Source: an uncultured Armatimonadia bacterium
Lineage (GTDB): Bacteria; Armatimonadota; Zipacnadia; CAVVLO01
Assembly: GCA_963749155.1 (NCBI GenBank)
Contig: CAVVLO010000002.1
Span: forward strand, 640,001-704,000
Direction of reading: 5' to 3'
Length of the DNA: 64,000 bases
The notes beneath the pieces are model-generated. The model was not told where the DNA came from and did no database searches. It saw nothing but the letters and a program-made list of their open reading frames with translations. The position numbers were made by a program, and so were the translations under genes. The first letter of the stretch is position 1. Every line of letters starts with the position of its first letter. Below are positions 1-9,020 of this stretch, piece by piece.

Positions 1-1547
1 CGGATACTGTCAAACCAGTGATCGAAGCCCTTTCTCAGACGACTGCCGCCTCCCTCCTGTACATCGGAAAGACGCAGCAGGTTGCCTGCCATCATGGGAG
101 TCAGTGAAGCCGCCGCTACCGTTGAGATAATGACCGCCGCCGCTACTGTCAGGCCGAACTCCCGGAAGAACTGTCCCACGATACCCGACATAAAGCCGAT
201 CGGCACGAATACAGCCAGAGTTGTCAGCGAAGTGGCTATAACTGCTGCGATAATCTCTCGCGAGCCTGACAGGGCCCCCGACTTGGTCTTTTGCTTGTTC
301 TGCACGTGGCGATAGATGTTCTCTATCATCACTATCGCATCGTCAACCAGGAAGCCTACCGCAATTGACAGGGCAAGCATCGACAGGATGTTCAGGGTGA
401 AACCGAGCGCATACATGAAGGCGAAGGTTGAGATAATAGTAACCGGCAGCACCGTGAAGACGATAAGGGTGCTGCGGAAACTGCCCAGGAAGGTCCAGAC
501 GACCAGCGTCGCGATAAGCGCGCCAAGCAAGATGGTCACAATGACATCGTGCACAGCTTCCTCGGCGAATTTGGCTGTATCGTCCACGAGGGTGAAGCTG
601 ATGTCCTTCGGCAGTTCGCCGGTGGTCATATTGTCTATACGTTCGCGCACCGCGCGCGCGACTTCGACGGTGTTGGCATCCGATGCCTTCACAATCGAAA
701 GCTGCACAGCCGGGTTGCCATTCAGTCGCGAAAAACTTCGAACCTCCTGGCTGGCATCGCGCACCTCGGCGACATCGCTTAGCAGGATGACGGCACCCTC
801 GCCTACCTGGATTGCCATCTGGCCGATGTCGGCCGGCGAGCCAAACTCGCCCATTACCCTGACTGTGAACTCCTTGCGGGCCTGGTCAATCCGCCCGCTC
901 GGGATATTCAGGTTCTCGGCTTTGAGCTGCTGCACGAGCTGATTGATGTTGAGCCCATAAGCCGTAAGCCGGCCCGAGTCGACGGAGATCTGGATCTCTC
1001 TCTGTTGGCCGCCGCTGACATTGGCCGCGGCTACTCCCGCAATCTGCAGTAGTTTGTCCTGGATAACGTTATCTACCAGGTCGCGCACTTCGCGGATGCC
1101 GCGCTTGTCGCTGCTGACCGCGTATGTGAGCACTGGCATCTGGTTGAAGTCTATCTTCGAGACCACGGGCTCTTGCGCATCGTCTGGCAGCGCTCCGCGG
1201 ATGCCCAGGACCTTCTCCCGAACATTCTGCAGGGCTACGTTGACGTCGATGCCCACGATGAAGTTGCACGAGACGATGGAGACGTTCTCCTGCGACGAAG
1301 AGTTTATGTAGTCGAGGTCCGAAACGCCTGACAGCGCGTCCTCTACCTTGTTGGTGACGGAGTTCTCAACCTCTTCCGGGCCAGCGCCCGGATAGACGAT
1401 GCTTACCGTCACAACCGGGATTTCGACCGAAGGCATCAGGTTGGTGCCCATCCGGGAATAGCCAACCAGCCCGACCACCATCAGCACGATGAAGAACATG
1501 CTGACGAAGACCGGCCGGTTGATGAAGAAGGCCAGCAGGCTTCTCAT
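1..1547 (-). CDS. RND efflux permease, AcrB/AcrD/AcrF family (runs off the left edge)
   Basis: Manual translation from ATG at 1547: MRSLLAFFINRPVFVSMFF...YPGAGPEEVENSVTNKVE...GFLVDDAIVMIENIYR (RND TM4 motif). The start overlaps the stop of the adaptor gene (ATGA). Confidence 0.95.
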   Translation of the reverse strand, partial: MRSLLAFFINRPVFVSMFFIVLMVVGLVGYSRMGTNLMPSVEIPVVTVSIVYPGAGPEEVENSVTNKVEDALSGVSDLDYINSSSQENVSIVSCNFIVGIDVNVALQNVREKVLGIRGALPDDAQEPVVSKIDFNQMPVLTYAVSSDKRGIREVRDLVDNVIQDKLLQIAGVAAANVSGGQQREIQISVDSGRLTAYGLNINQLVQQLKAENLNIPSGRIDQARKEFTVRVMGEFGSPADIGQMAIQVGEGAVILLSDVAEVRDASQEVRSFSRLNGNPAVQLSIVKASDANTVEVARAVRERIDNMTTGELPKDISFTLVDDTAKFAEEAVHDVIVTILLGALIATLVVWTFLGSFRSTLIVFTVLPVTIISTFAFMYALGFTLNILSMLALSIAVGFLVDDAIVMIENIYRHVQNKQKTKSGALSGSREIIAAVIATSLTTLAVFVPIGFMSGIVGQFFREFGLTVAAAVIISTVAAASLTPMMAGNLLRLSDVQEGGGSRLRKGFDHWFDSI

Positions 1548-3178
1548 TGGGCGCCTCCGGCTTGCTGTGCGAGCTTGACGGAGGAGCCATCCTCGACCTG
1601 CCCTTCGATGATAACCTCGTCAGTGGGAGCCAGCCCCGTCATTATCTGGGCCACATCGCCCTGGACGATACCCAGTTTGACTTCGCGCTTCTTGGCTGTC
1701 CCGCCGCTGGCGACGTAGACAAACTCCTTACCTGTCTCGCCCTTGATGGCCGCAAGCGGCACAGTAAGAGCGCCTTCCAGCGTGCTGACTACGATGCGGC
1801 CCTGGGCATAGGCCCCTACGTAGAGTTTATTGTCAGGATTAGCCAGCTTCACCTTGGCGATGACCGCCCGGTTGCCCTCGGCAGCCATGGGGATGATCTC
1901 GGTGACCACGCCGGTGAACTCTCTGCCGGGCAGTGAATCGACCTTGATGCTCGCCGGCAAACCGAGTTTTATGCGGCCGGCCTGCGACTCGGGTACCTGG
2001 AGAGAGGCGAATATGCTGCCAGCGCGCACGAGCCTTATGATGGGCATCCCCGGGGAGTGCATCTGACCGCGCTCGGTCAGTTTGGCGACTACCACGCCCG
2101 AGAAGGGCGCGTAGACAGAGGCCATCGACAACGCAACCCGGGCCTGCTGGAGACCAGCGCGCGCTATCCGGACGCCTGCCTCGGCGCCGCGGATCTGCTC
2201 GAGGTTAACCGACTTCTGGCCAAGCCCAGCCCGCGCGGCGGCAAGGCCCGCTTCGGCCTGACGCACCGCCTCGCGCGCGTTGTCTATATCTTTTAGAGAG
2301 ATGACATCCAGCGTCCCCGAGGCTCTGGCCTGGGCCACGACCGCCTCGAGCCGCTTCACATCAGCCTCTACGGCCTTTATGTCTTCAGCGCGAGCGCCTT
2401 CCTGCACCAGGCTTTGGGCAGCTTTGGCCTGCTGATACTGGCTGCTTGCCAGTTCATACTGGTTCTTGGCCAGGTCATACTGGGCAGGGGCTATCGCGCC
2501 GCCATCCAGCAGCTTCTGCATGCGCTCGAGATTCTTGCGGGCGGTCTCGAGACTCGAAGAAGCCGCCTCGACGGCTTGCCTGGCCTGTTCGCGTTCCTGG
2601 GTGCGCGCGCCGGATTTCAATGCAGCGAGTCGCTCGCGTCCCGCAGCCAGTGCCTGTTCGGCCTGGGCTACGGTAGCGGTAGTGTTCGCCTGCTGTAGTT
2701 GATAAGCCGACTGTGCCTGGGTCAGACGCGTCTGAGACGAAGCCAGGGCAGCCTGGGCTTGTGCCACCATCGTTTCCGACGTCGTGTTCGTAATGGTCGA
2801 ACCCGCCTTCGCCTGTGCCAGCATCGCCTCTGCCGAATGCACCGAGGCTTCTGCCTGCGCCACCTGGGCCCTCAGATCATCATCGCGCAGCCTGGCAACA
2901 AGCTGGCCTTGCCGCACGGTGTCGCCCTCGCGCGCGCCGATCCAGGCGACAACGCCCATCGCCTTGGTATCGACATCGGTGACGTCCACTGGGGCGATAT
3001 CTCCCGAAGCTGCGATGGTGTCGGCAAACGGGCCAACCTTCGGCGCCTCGGTGATGACGGTTACCTCGACCGCGAGTGGGGGCGGCGTTTCTGCGGGCTT
3101 TATGCGCTGCATGAGCGCATAGCCAGCCGCCACCAGGAACACCACAACTACCAGTCCGATTATCAGCTTGCGATCCAT
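1544..3178 (-). CDS. RND periplasmic adaptor (membrane fusion protein, HlyD-like) with long coiled-coil hairpin
   Basis: N-terminal TM anchor, lipoyl-like GDTVRQGQLVARL, long Ala/Gln coiled coil, APFSGVV; lies between the TolC and AcrB homologues. Confidence 0.93.
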   Translation of the reverse strand: MDRKLIIGLVVVVFLVAAGYALMQRIKPAETPPPLAVEVTVITEAPKVGPFADTIAASGDIAPVDVTDVDTKAMGVVAWIGAREGDTVRQGQLVARLRDDDLRAQVAQAEASVHSAEAMLAQAKAGSTITNTTSETMVAQAQAALASSQTRLTQAQSAYQLQQANTTATVAQAEQALAAGRERLAALKSGARTQEREQARQAVEAASSSLETARKNLERMQKLLDGGAIAPAQYDLAKNQYELASSQYQQAKAAQSLVQEGARAEDIKAVEADVKRLEAVVAQARASGTLDVISLKDIDNAREAVRQAEAGLAAARAGLGQKSVNLEQIRGAEAGVRIARAGLQQARVALSMASVYAPFSGVVVAKLTERGQMHSPGMPIIRLVRAGSIFASLQVPESQAGRIKLGLPASIKVDSLPGREFTGVVTEIIPMAAEGNRAVIAKVKLANPDNKLYVGAYAQGRIVVSTLEGALTVPLAAIKGETGKEFVYVASGGTAKKREVKLGIVQGDVAQIMTGLAPTDEVIIEGQVEDGSSVKLAQQAGGAQ

Positions 3179-3181
3179 TAC

Positions 3182-4537
3182 TTATTCACCTGCTGCCACA
3201 GGCTGAACAGCCTGGCTAAGCTCTGAGTATAAATCAATCCCTGTTGCCTGTTTGAGCGCGATTTCTGCCGACTGCACCTGGTATTGGGCAGTGGCGAGAG
3301 TCTGTTCGGTTGCTATAAGCGCCAGTCTTGCGTCATTGAATTCCACCTGAGTGCCCAGGCCTGATTCATATCTCAAACGCGCAATCCCATGCGCCTCGAC
3401 GGCTTGAGCCACACTGGCCTCAGCCAGATTGTACTGGGCAAGGGCGTTCTGGAGGTTGGTAAGTGCCTGCTGCACGGCAAAATCAATACCCGCCTTCGCA
3501 AGACTGGTCTGCTCTCTGATTTGCTCCAGCCTGGCTTTGGCCCCTCTGGTGTCTTCGCGTGTCATACCCCCATCGTAAAGGGGCTTGGTCAGGATAATTG
3601 AAGCGGTCCAGCTATAATCGGTGCTGGCCAGTCCTCCGGCGCTTTGCCTGTAATAGGTCGAGTTGAGAGCGACGCTTGGATCGTCTCCAGACTTTGCCAC
3701 CTTTACGAAATAGTCGGCGGCTTCCTGGGCGAGGGCAAGCTGGCGCAGTTCCAGCCGTTGGTTCGCCGCAACCGCCAGGGCGGCTTCTAGCGCTGGCGCC
3801 TCAGGCGTCACCAGGGCGATATCGGCAATCTCCAGCCCCGCAGTCAGGGGGAAATACATCGCCGTCTTGAGCGCGGCCAGAGCCAGTTCGACTCCGTTAC
3901 GCGCGCTTATCAGAGACTGCTCGGCGCTTGCCACTTCGACACTGGCGCGTGTGACATCAAATCTGGGTGACTCGCCCGCATCAAAGCGCTGTTGGGCGAT
4001 ATCTCTATGCTGAGTAGCCAGAGCCAGATTCTCTTCCGCTACTACCACATATCGGCGCGCGCCAAGCACAGCCAGATAAGCCTGGGTGACCTGATAAGCC
4101 AGGTCGCGCTCCACCAGACTGTAAGCGATATCGGCGGCTTCGACTTGCCGCTTGAGGCCGCGCTGAGTGTTTTCCACCGCGCCTGAAGAGTAAAGGAGAT
4201 AATTGAGCGCTGCCCCATACTGGGTAGAGCGGTCAGTGCCCATCTCTATTGTCGATCCGCCGAAATCCACTGTCGCCACAGGGCCCATCCGGGTATGCGT
4301 GGCAGAGGCGGTTATCGTCGGTTTCGAGGCCACAAGCGCCTGGCCCAGTCCAGCCTTCGCCAGCGCGACATCCTGTTTGGCTGATGCGAGCTGAGGGCTG
4401 TTTTCGAGGGCAAACTGGAGGCAGCCGACCAGGTCAAGTTGGGCTGGGGCTGGGGCTGGAGCCTCTTGCCCCCAGGCCATCAAGCCTGCCAGTAAACAAG
4501 CCAGTATCATTACTAGAAGTGAAAGCTGCTTTCGCAT
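3182..4537 (-). CDS. TolC-family outer membrane efflux channel
   Basis: Signal peptide MRKQLSLLVMILACLLAG, two OEP-type repeats (RFDAGESPRFDV, RYESGLGTQVEF), operon context. Confidence 0.92.
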   Translation of the reverse strand: MRKQLSLLVMILACLLAGLMAWGQEAPAPAPAQLDLVGCLQFALENSPQLASAKQDVALAKAGLGQALVASKPTITASATHTRMGPVATVDFGGSTIEMGTDRSTQYGAALNYLLYSSGAVENTQRGLKRQVEAADIAYSLVERDLAYQVTQAYLAVLGARRYVVVAEENLALATQHRDIAQQRFDAGESPRFDVTRASVEVASAEQSLISARNGVELALAALKTAMYFPLTAGLEIADIALVTPEAPALEAALAVAANQRLELRQLALAQEAADYFVKVAKSGDDPSVALNSTYYRQSAGGLASTDYSWTASIILTKPLYDGGMTREDTRGAKARLEQIREQTSLAKAGIDFAVQQALTNLQNALAQYNLAEASVAQAVEAHGIARLRYESGLGTQVEFNDARLALIATEQTLATAQYQVQSAEIALKQATGIDLYSELSQAVQPVAAGE

Positions 4538-4538
4538 A

Positions 4539-4841
4539 TCAACTAGCCCCCTGATGAGCCAGCCGGTCTTCAGAGACAACACCTTTGCCAGGCCCTTCTT
4601 CCTGCTCGAGATCACTCTCTGCGGTCAGCTCTTCCAGTTTACGCATCATCGCTATCAATCGTTTAGCTGGAATCAACACGATGGCATGCCCAGAGCCAGC
4701 CGCGTGAACCAGCAGCTTGTCTCCTGGCTCGATGCCAAGTTTTTTTCTCGCCTGGGCAGGGATGACCACCTGGCCACGCTCGCCCATCGTCACCGCTCCG
4801 TAGAACTCTTCTCCGAGTTCTCTTTCGAGCTCATCGCTCAT
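4539..4841 (-). CDS. AbrB/MazE/SpoVT-family DNA-binding protein
   Basis: TMGERGQVVIPAQARKKLGIEPGDKL swapped-hairpin signature; SD GAGGA upstream. Confidence 0.9.
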   Translation of the reverse strand: MSDELERELGEEFYGAVTMGERGQVVIPAQARKKLGIEPGDKLLVHAAGSGHAIVLIPAKRLIAMMRKLEELTAESDLEQEEGPGKGVVSEDRLAHQGAS

Positions 4842-4866
4842 ACCTGCTTCCTCCCTGGATGGGGCC

Positions 4867-4884
4867 AAGTATGAAAAGTATGAA
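4867..4884. promoter_or_regulatory. Tandem 9-bp direct repeat (AAGTATGAA x2), candidate operator
   Basis: Perfect tandem repeat between the -10 box and the AbrB-like start codon. Confidence 0.5.
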
Positions 4885-4894
4885 TTGCACGATA

Positions 4895-4923
4895 TGTATA
4901 GCGAGCCATACCGCTTCTGTCAA
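4895..4923 (-). promoter_or_regulatory. Sigma70-type promoter of the efflux operon
   Basis: Minus strand TTGACA-17 nt-TATACA. Confidence 0.75.
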
Positions 4924-5156
4924 TGAATTGAGAGAAAAGAGTTACCCCCTGCTTTTGGCTCTGGTTTGGTGATCCCGAGAGCAGGCGCACTAGCTTTAGG
5001 GTCAGGAATTGACGTTTCCTAAAAGGGGCACCTTTGGCTCGGTAGCAGGCTTCAGGAACTTTGGACGGCAAAAGGTCGGCAACGAAGTGGCTTTTCTACC
5101 CCCTGTATGTCGGAATGTTGCCGGCAGCGAACCGCCCTTTAGAGGGCCAAAACCCT

Positions 5157-5185
5157 TTGCCATTTCCCCCTTTCGAGGTGATAAT
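5157..5185 (+). promoter_or_regulatory. Putative sigma70 promoter of gdh
   Basis: TTGCCA-17 nt-GATAAT about 95 nt upstream of the start. Confidence 0.5.
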
Positions 5186-5281
5186 TGGGTCTCCGGTACA
5201 CGCTTCTGCTCCCGCGCGGCCAGCGCGAGTTAGTGGCCGTCTGCGAGTAGAGTAAAAAATCATAAGCGAGAGGTAGAGCCA

Positions 5282-6535
5282 ATGGCAACCGAGTCCCTGA
5301 ATCCTTTTGAGATCGCACAGGCCCAGTTCGACGAGGCCGCGGCCGTACTTGGCCTGGACGAAGGCACCTGCCAGTTGCTGCGCAACCCGCGGCGGCAGTT
5401 GTTCGTCACCATCCCCGTGAAGATGGATGATGGCACCACCAAAGTGTTCCAGGGCTTCCGGGTCCAGTACAACGACGCCCTCGGGCCAACGAAGGGTGGC
5501 ATCCGTTTCCATCCCGAAGAGACCATCGACACCGTGCGCGCCCTGGCCGCGTGGATGACCTGGAAGACCTCCGTTGTCGGCCTGCCTTACGGCGGCGGCA
5601 AAGGCGGCGTCATCTGCAACCCCAAGCAACTGAGCGCCGGCGAGCTTGAGCGTCTCTCCCGCGGTTATGTCCGCGCCATTGGCGATTTCATCGGCGATCA
5701 GGTCGACATCCCCGCCCCCGACGTCTACACCACCCCGCAGATTATGGCGTGGATGATGGACGAGTACAGTGTAATGATGGGCCAGAACGTGCCCGGCCTC
5801 ATCACCGGCAAACCGCTGACACTCGGTGGTTCGGTTGGCCGCGATGACGCGACCGCTCGCGGCGCCGTCTACACTGTCCGCGAAGCCGCCAAGTACCTCA
5901 ACCTGGACCTCACTGGCAAGACCATCGCCATCCAGGGCTACGGCAACGCTGGCTATTTTATGGCCAAACTCGCTATCGAGATGCTCGGTATGAAGGTTGT
6001 CGCGGTTTCCGATTCGCGCGGCGGCATCCAGAACCCCGACGGCCTCGACTGGAAGGCTGTGCTGGATCACAAGAATGCGACCGGTTCGGTTGTAAATTTC
6101 CCTGGCAGCACCCCCATCAGCAACGAAGACCTGCTTGAGCTGGACGTCACCGTCCTGTGCCCGGCTGCCCTCGAGAACGTAATCACCTCCGAGAACGCTG
6201 GCCGCATCAAGGCCAAGATCGTAGCCGAGGCCGCAAATGGCCCCACCACCCCCGAAGCCGACAGAGTTATGCATGCTAACGGCATCCTGGTTATCCCGGA
6301 CTTCCTTTGCAATGCTGGTGGCGTCACTGTCTCCTACTTCGAGTGGGTCCAGAACATCGGCGGTTACTACTGGGATCTGCCGACCGTGCACGAGCGCCTC
6401 GATGCCAAGATGACTGAAGCTTTCTGGAAGGTCCTCAAGGCTCGCGACGAGAAGAACGTCCATATGCGCGTTGCTGCCTATCTGGTCGCCGTAGCGCGCG
6501 TAACCGAGGCCGCCAAGCTCCGCGGCTGGTGCTAG
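5282..6535 (+). CDS. gdhA: Glutamate dehydrogenase (Glu/Leu/Phe/Val dehydrogenase family)
   Basis: [49 protein letters not shown] motifs. Confidence 0.97.
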   Translation: MATESLNPFEIAQAQFDEAAAVLGLDEGTCQLLRNPRRQLFVTIPVKMDDGTTKVFQGFRVQYNDALGPTKGGIRFHPEETIDTVRALAAWMTWKTSVVGLPYGGGKGGVICNPKQLSAGELERLSRGYVRAIGDFIGDQVDIPAPDVYTTPQIMAWMMDEYSVMMGQNVPGLITGKPLTLGGSVGRDDATARGAVYTVREAAKYLNLDLTGKTIAIQGYGNAGYFMAKLAIEMLGMKVVAVSDSRGGIQNPDGLDWKAVLDHKNATGSVVNFPGSTPISNEDLLELDVTVLCPAALENVITSENAGRIKAKIVAEAANGPTTPEADRVMHANGILVIPDFLCNAGGVTVSYFEWVQNIGGYYWDLPTVHERLDAKMTEAFWKVLKARDEKNVHMRVAAYLVAVARVTEAAKLRGWC

Positions 6536-6547
6536 TTTATTACTCTG

Positions 6548-6585
6548 ACTGCCTGCCGTCTTTCGGGACGGCAGGCAGTTTTGTT
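6548..6585 (+). terminator. Rho-independent terminator after gdh
   Basis: ACTGCCTGCCGTC / GACGGCAGGCAGT perfect stem followed by TTTGTT. Confidence 0.85.
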
Positions 6586-6638
6586 CAGGTCAGCTCGGGC
6601 GCGGCCCCCGGGTCGTTCTCGCCCCTCAGGTGATTGCC

Positions 6639-7472
6639 GTGCACACTGTAATTGCGAAATCTCAGCTTTCCCCCAATGTTTTTAGCCTGCGAGTGGAAGC
6701 AGAAAGGATAGCTGTCGCGCGCAAGCCTGGCCAGTTCGTCATTGTGCGACTCGGGCCTGGCTCTGAGCGCGTCCCCCTGACCATTGCCGACGCTGACACC
6801 CAGGCGGGCACCATCACGATTGTCATCCAGGCTATCGGCCGCAGCACAAAGGAACTCGTGGCCCTGGAGCCGGGCGAGGCCCTTCAGGATGTCGTCGGGC
6901 CGCTCGGGCATCCCACCGAATTACTGACTGAGGGCACCGCGGTCTGCGTCGGAGGCGGCGTCGGGACGGCGGTCGTCCATCCAATCGCCCAGGGCCTGGC
7001 TGCAAGCGGCGTCGAGGTTATCAGCGTAATCGGAGGTCGCTCGCGCGAGTGGGTCATCTTCGAGGAAGAGCTGAAGGCGCTGGGAGAAGTCATCGTCTGC
7101 ACTGATGATGGCTCCTACGGGCGTCATGGCTTCGTGACCGACGCGCTGGCTGACCTCATCAGTTCAAAATCTATTGATGCGGTCTATGCCGTCGGCCCCG
7201 TGCCGATGATGAGCGCTGTTGCCGAACTCACTCGCCCACGCAAGCTGCCTACCATCGTCTCGCTCAATCCCATAATGATAGATGGCACCGGTATGTGCGG
7301 CGGGTGCCGCGTCACGGTGGGCGGCCAGATGAAGTTCGCTTGTGTGGACGGCCCTGAATTTGACGGCCACCAGGTGGATTTCGCCGAATTGCGCGACCGA
7401 CTCAGCACTTATGTGCCCCACGAGAAAGAAGCTCTGGCGGCTTTCGAACACGAGTGCAAGCTGGGACTGTAG
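6639..7472 (+). CDS. nfnA: NfnA/SudB-type ferredoxin:NADP+ reductase small subunit (FAD, 2Fe-2S)
   Basis: KPGQFVIVR, ERVPLTIAD, GGGVG, DGTGMCGGCRV...CVDGPEF; GTG start after AGGTGA. Confidence 0.9.
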   Translation: MHTVIAKSQLSPNVFSLRVEAERIAVARKPGQFVIVRLGPGSERVPLTIADADTQAGTITIVIQAIGRSTKELVALEPGEALQDVVGPLGHPTELLTEGTAVCVGGGVGTAVVHPIAQGLAASGVEVISVIGGRSREWVIFEEELKALGEVIVCTDDGSYGRHGFVTDALADLISSKSIDAVYAVGPVPMMSAVAELTRPRKLPTIVSLNPIMIDGTGMCGGCRVTVGGQMKFACVDGPEFDGHQVDFAELRDRLSTYVPHEKEALAAFEHECKLGL

Positions 7473-7485
7473 AGGACCAAAACCA

Positions 7486-8901
7486 ATGGCAGATATCAGA
7501 GAGCTGACCCCGAAAGAACGGATGGCTATCGACCGGCAACGTATGCCTGAACAGGACCCGCTGGAGCGCGCAGGCAACTTCAACGAAGTTAACCTTGGTT
7601 TTGGCGAACAGCTCGCTCTGCTCGAGGCCCAGCGTTGCATCCAGTGCAAGACGGCCAAGTGTATTGATGGTTGTCCCGTACTGGTGGACATCCCAGGCTT
7701 CATCAAGTCGGTGGCCGAAGGCGATCTGCCTGCCGCGGCCGCCCAGTTGCTGCGCGATAACGCACTGCCCGCCATAACGGGACGCGTTTGCCCGCAGGAG
7801 ACCCAATGCGAGCAGCTCTGCGTGCGCGGTTTGAAAGGCGCTCCCGTAGCGGTTGGTTATCTGGAGCGGTTCGTAGCCGACTGGGCGCGCACCCAGGGGG
7901 GCGACAAGCTGCCCGAGAAAGCCCCTCCCACTGGTAAAAAGGTCGCTATCGTAGGCTCTGGCCCGGCTGGTCTGACCGCCGCCGGCGAACTCGTCAAGTT
8001 CGGCCATTCTGTTACCGTTTTTGAGGCGCTACACACCCCCGGTGGGGTGCTCGTATATGGCATCCCCGAGTTCCGCCTGCCCAAGGAGATAGTCCGCCAG
8101 GAGGTCGACCGGCTGCTGCGGCTGGGCGTCGAGCTTCAATGCAACGCGGTTATCGGCAAAACCTATACGCTGGGCGAGTTGCGAGCGCAATATGACGCCG
8201 TCTTTATCTCTAACGGCGCAGGGCTTCCCGTCTTTATGAAGGTGCCTGGCGAGAACTTCAAAGGCGTCTATTCAGCCAACGAATATCTCACCCGAGTGAA
8301 TCTGATGGTCGCCTACGCCTTCCCCGAGACTTCTACGCCCGTACTGAAGGGCCAGCGGGTCGCGGTCGTCGGCGGAGGCAACACGGCAATGGACGCGGTG
8401 CGCACCGCCAAGCGCCTCGGGGCAGACGAAGCGACTATCGTCTACCGGCGCAGCAAGGTCGAGATGCCCGCCCGAACAGAAGAGGTGCATCACGCCGAAG
8501 AAGAAGGCATCCAGTTCGAGTTGCTTGTTGCGCCTTTGGAAGTGCTGGGCAGCGAACAAGGCTGGGTCACCGGATTGAAGTGCATCAGGATGGAACTCGG
8601 CGAGCCGGATGATTCCGGTCGGCGCAGGCCAATTCCAGTTGAAGGCAGCGAATTTGTCGTGGAGTGCGATGTCGTCGTGGTGGCTATCGGCACAGGGGCC
8701 AATCCGTTGCTTACCGCCACCGAGCCCGACCTCAAGCTCAACAAATGGGGCTATATCGAAGCCGATGAGCAGGGCGCTACCAGCCTGCCAGGCGTCTGGG
8801 CGGGTGGCGACATCGTGCGCGGCTCGGCAACGGTTATCCTCGCTATGGGCGATGGCAAGCGCACGGCGAAGGTCATAGACGAGTATCTCGCCGGCAAGTG
8901 A
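7486..8901 (+). CDS. nfnB: NfnB/SudA-type large subunit (GltD-like, NADPH-binding, 2x4Fe-4S)
   Basis: RCIQCKTAKCIDGCP, GRVCPQETQCEQLC, GSGPAG, GGGNTAMD; paired with nfnA and no gltB present. Confidence 0.88.
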   Translation: MADIRELTPKERMAIDRQRMPEQDPLERAGNFNEVNLGFGEQLALLEAQRCIQCKTAKCIDGCPVLVDIPGFIKSVAEGDLPAAAAQLLRDNALPAITGRVCPQETQCEQLCVRGLKGAPVAVGYLERFVADWARTQGGDKLPEKAPPTGKKVAIVGSGPAGLTAAGELVKFGHSVTVFEALHTPGGVLVYGIPEFRLPKEIVRQEVDRLLRLGVELQCNAVIGKTYTLGELRAQYDAVFISNGAGLPVFMKVPGENFKGVYSANEYLTRVNLMVAYAFPETSTPVLKGQRVAVVGGGNTAMDAVRTAKRLGADEATIVYRRSKVEMPARTEEVHHAEEEGIQFELLVAPLEVLGSEQGWVTGLKCIRMELGEPDDSGRRRPIPVEGSEFVVECDVVVVAIGTGANPLLTATEPDLKLNKWGYIEADEQGATSLPGVWAGGDIVRGSATVILAMGDGKRTAKVIDEYLAGK

Positions 8902-8909
8902 CCGAGGCC

Positions 8910-8960
8910 AAGGCTGGAAAGGCGCGGGGGTATTACCCCCACACCCCCACTAGTCCAGAG
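8910..8960 (+). repeat. Intergenic hairpin repeat, family A copy 1
   Basis: AAGGCTGGAAAGGCGCGGGGGTA-T-TACCCCC-ACACCCCC-ACTAGT; related copies at 18921 and 35294. Confidence 0.6.
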
Positions 8961-9020
8961 CAGGAAACAGCCCACTGAGGCGGAACTAGCGCCCTCCAGA
9001 CCTGACCAGGAGGGATTACC

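Noticed and set aside
4930..5280. Riboswitch or ncRNA in long intergenic regions (also 24500-24650 and 27565-27700)
   Set aside because: No recognisable riboswitch, tRNA or other RNA-family motif by eye; an Rfam scan would be needed to exclude one.
5096..6463. 455-aa antisense ORF over gdh
   Set aside because: In-register shadow of a strongly codon-biased gene; long antisense ORFs over GDH genes are a familiar artefact.
7486..8901. Glutamate synthase small subunit (gltD)
   Set aside because: No gltB large subunit nearby; pairing with an NfnA-type gene fits NfnAB/SudAB better.
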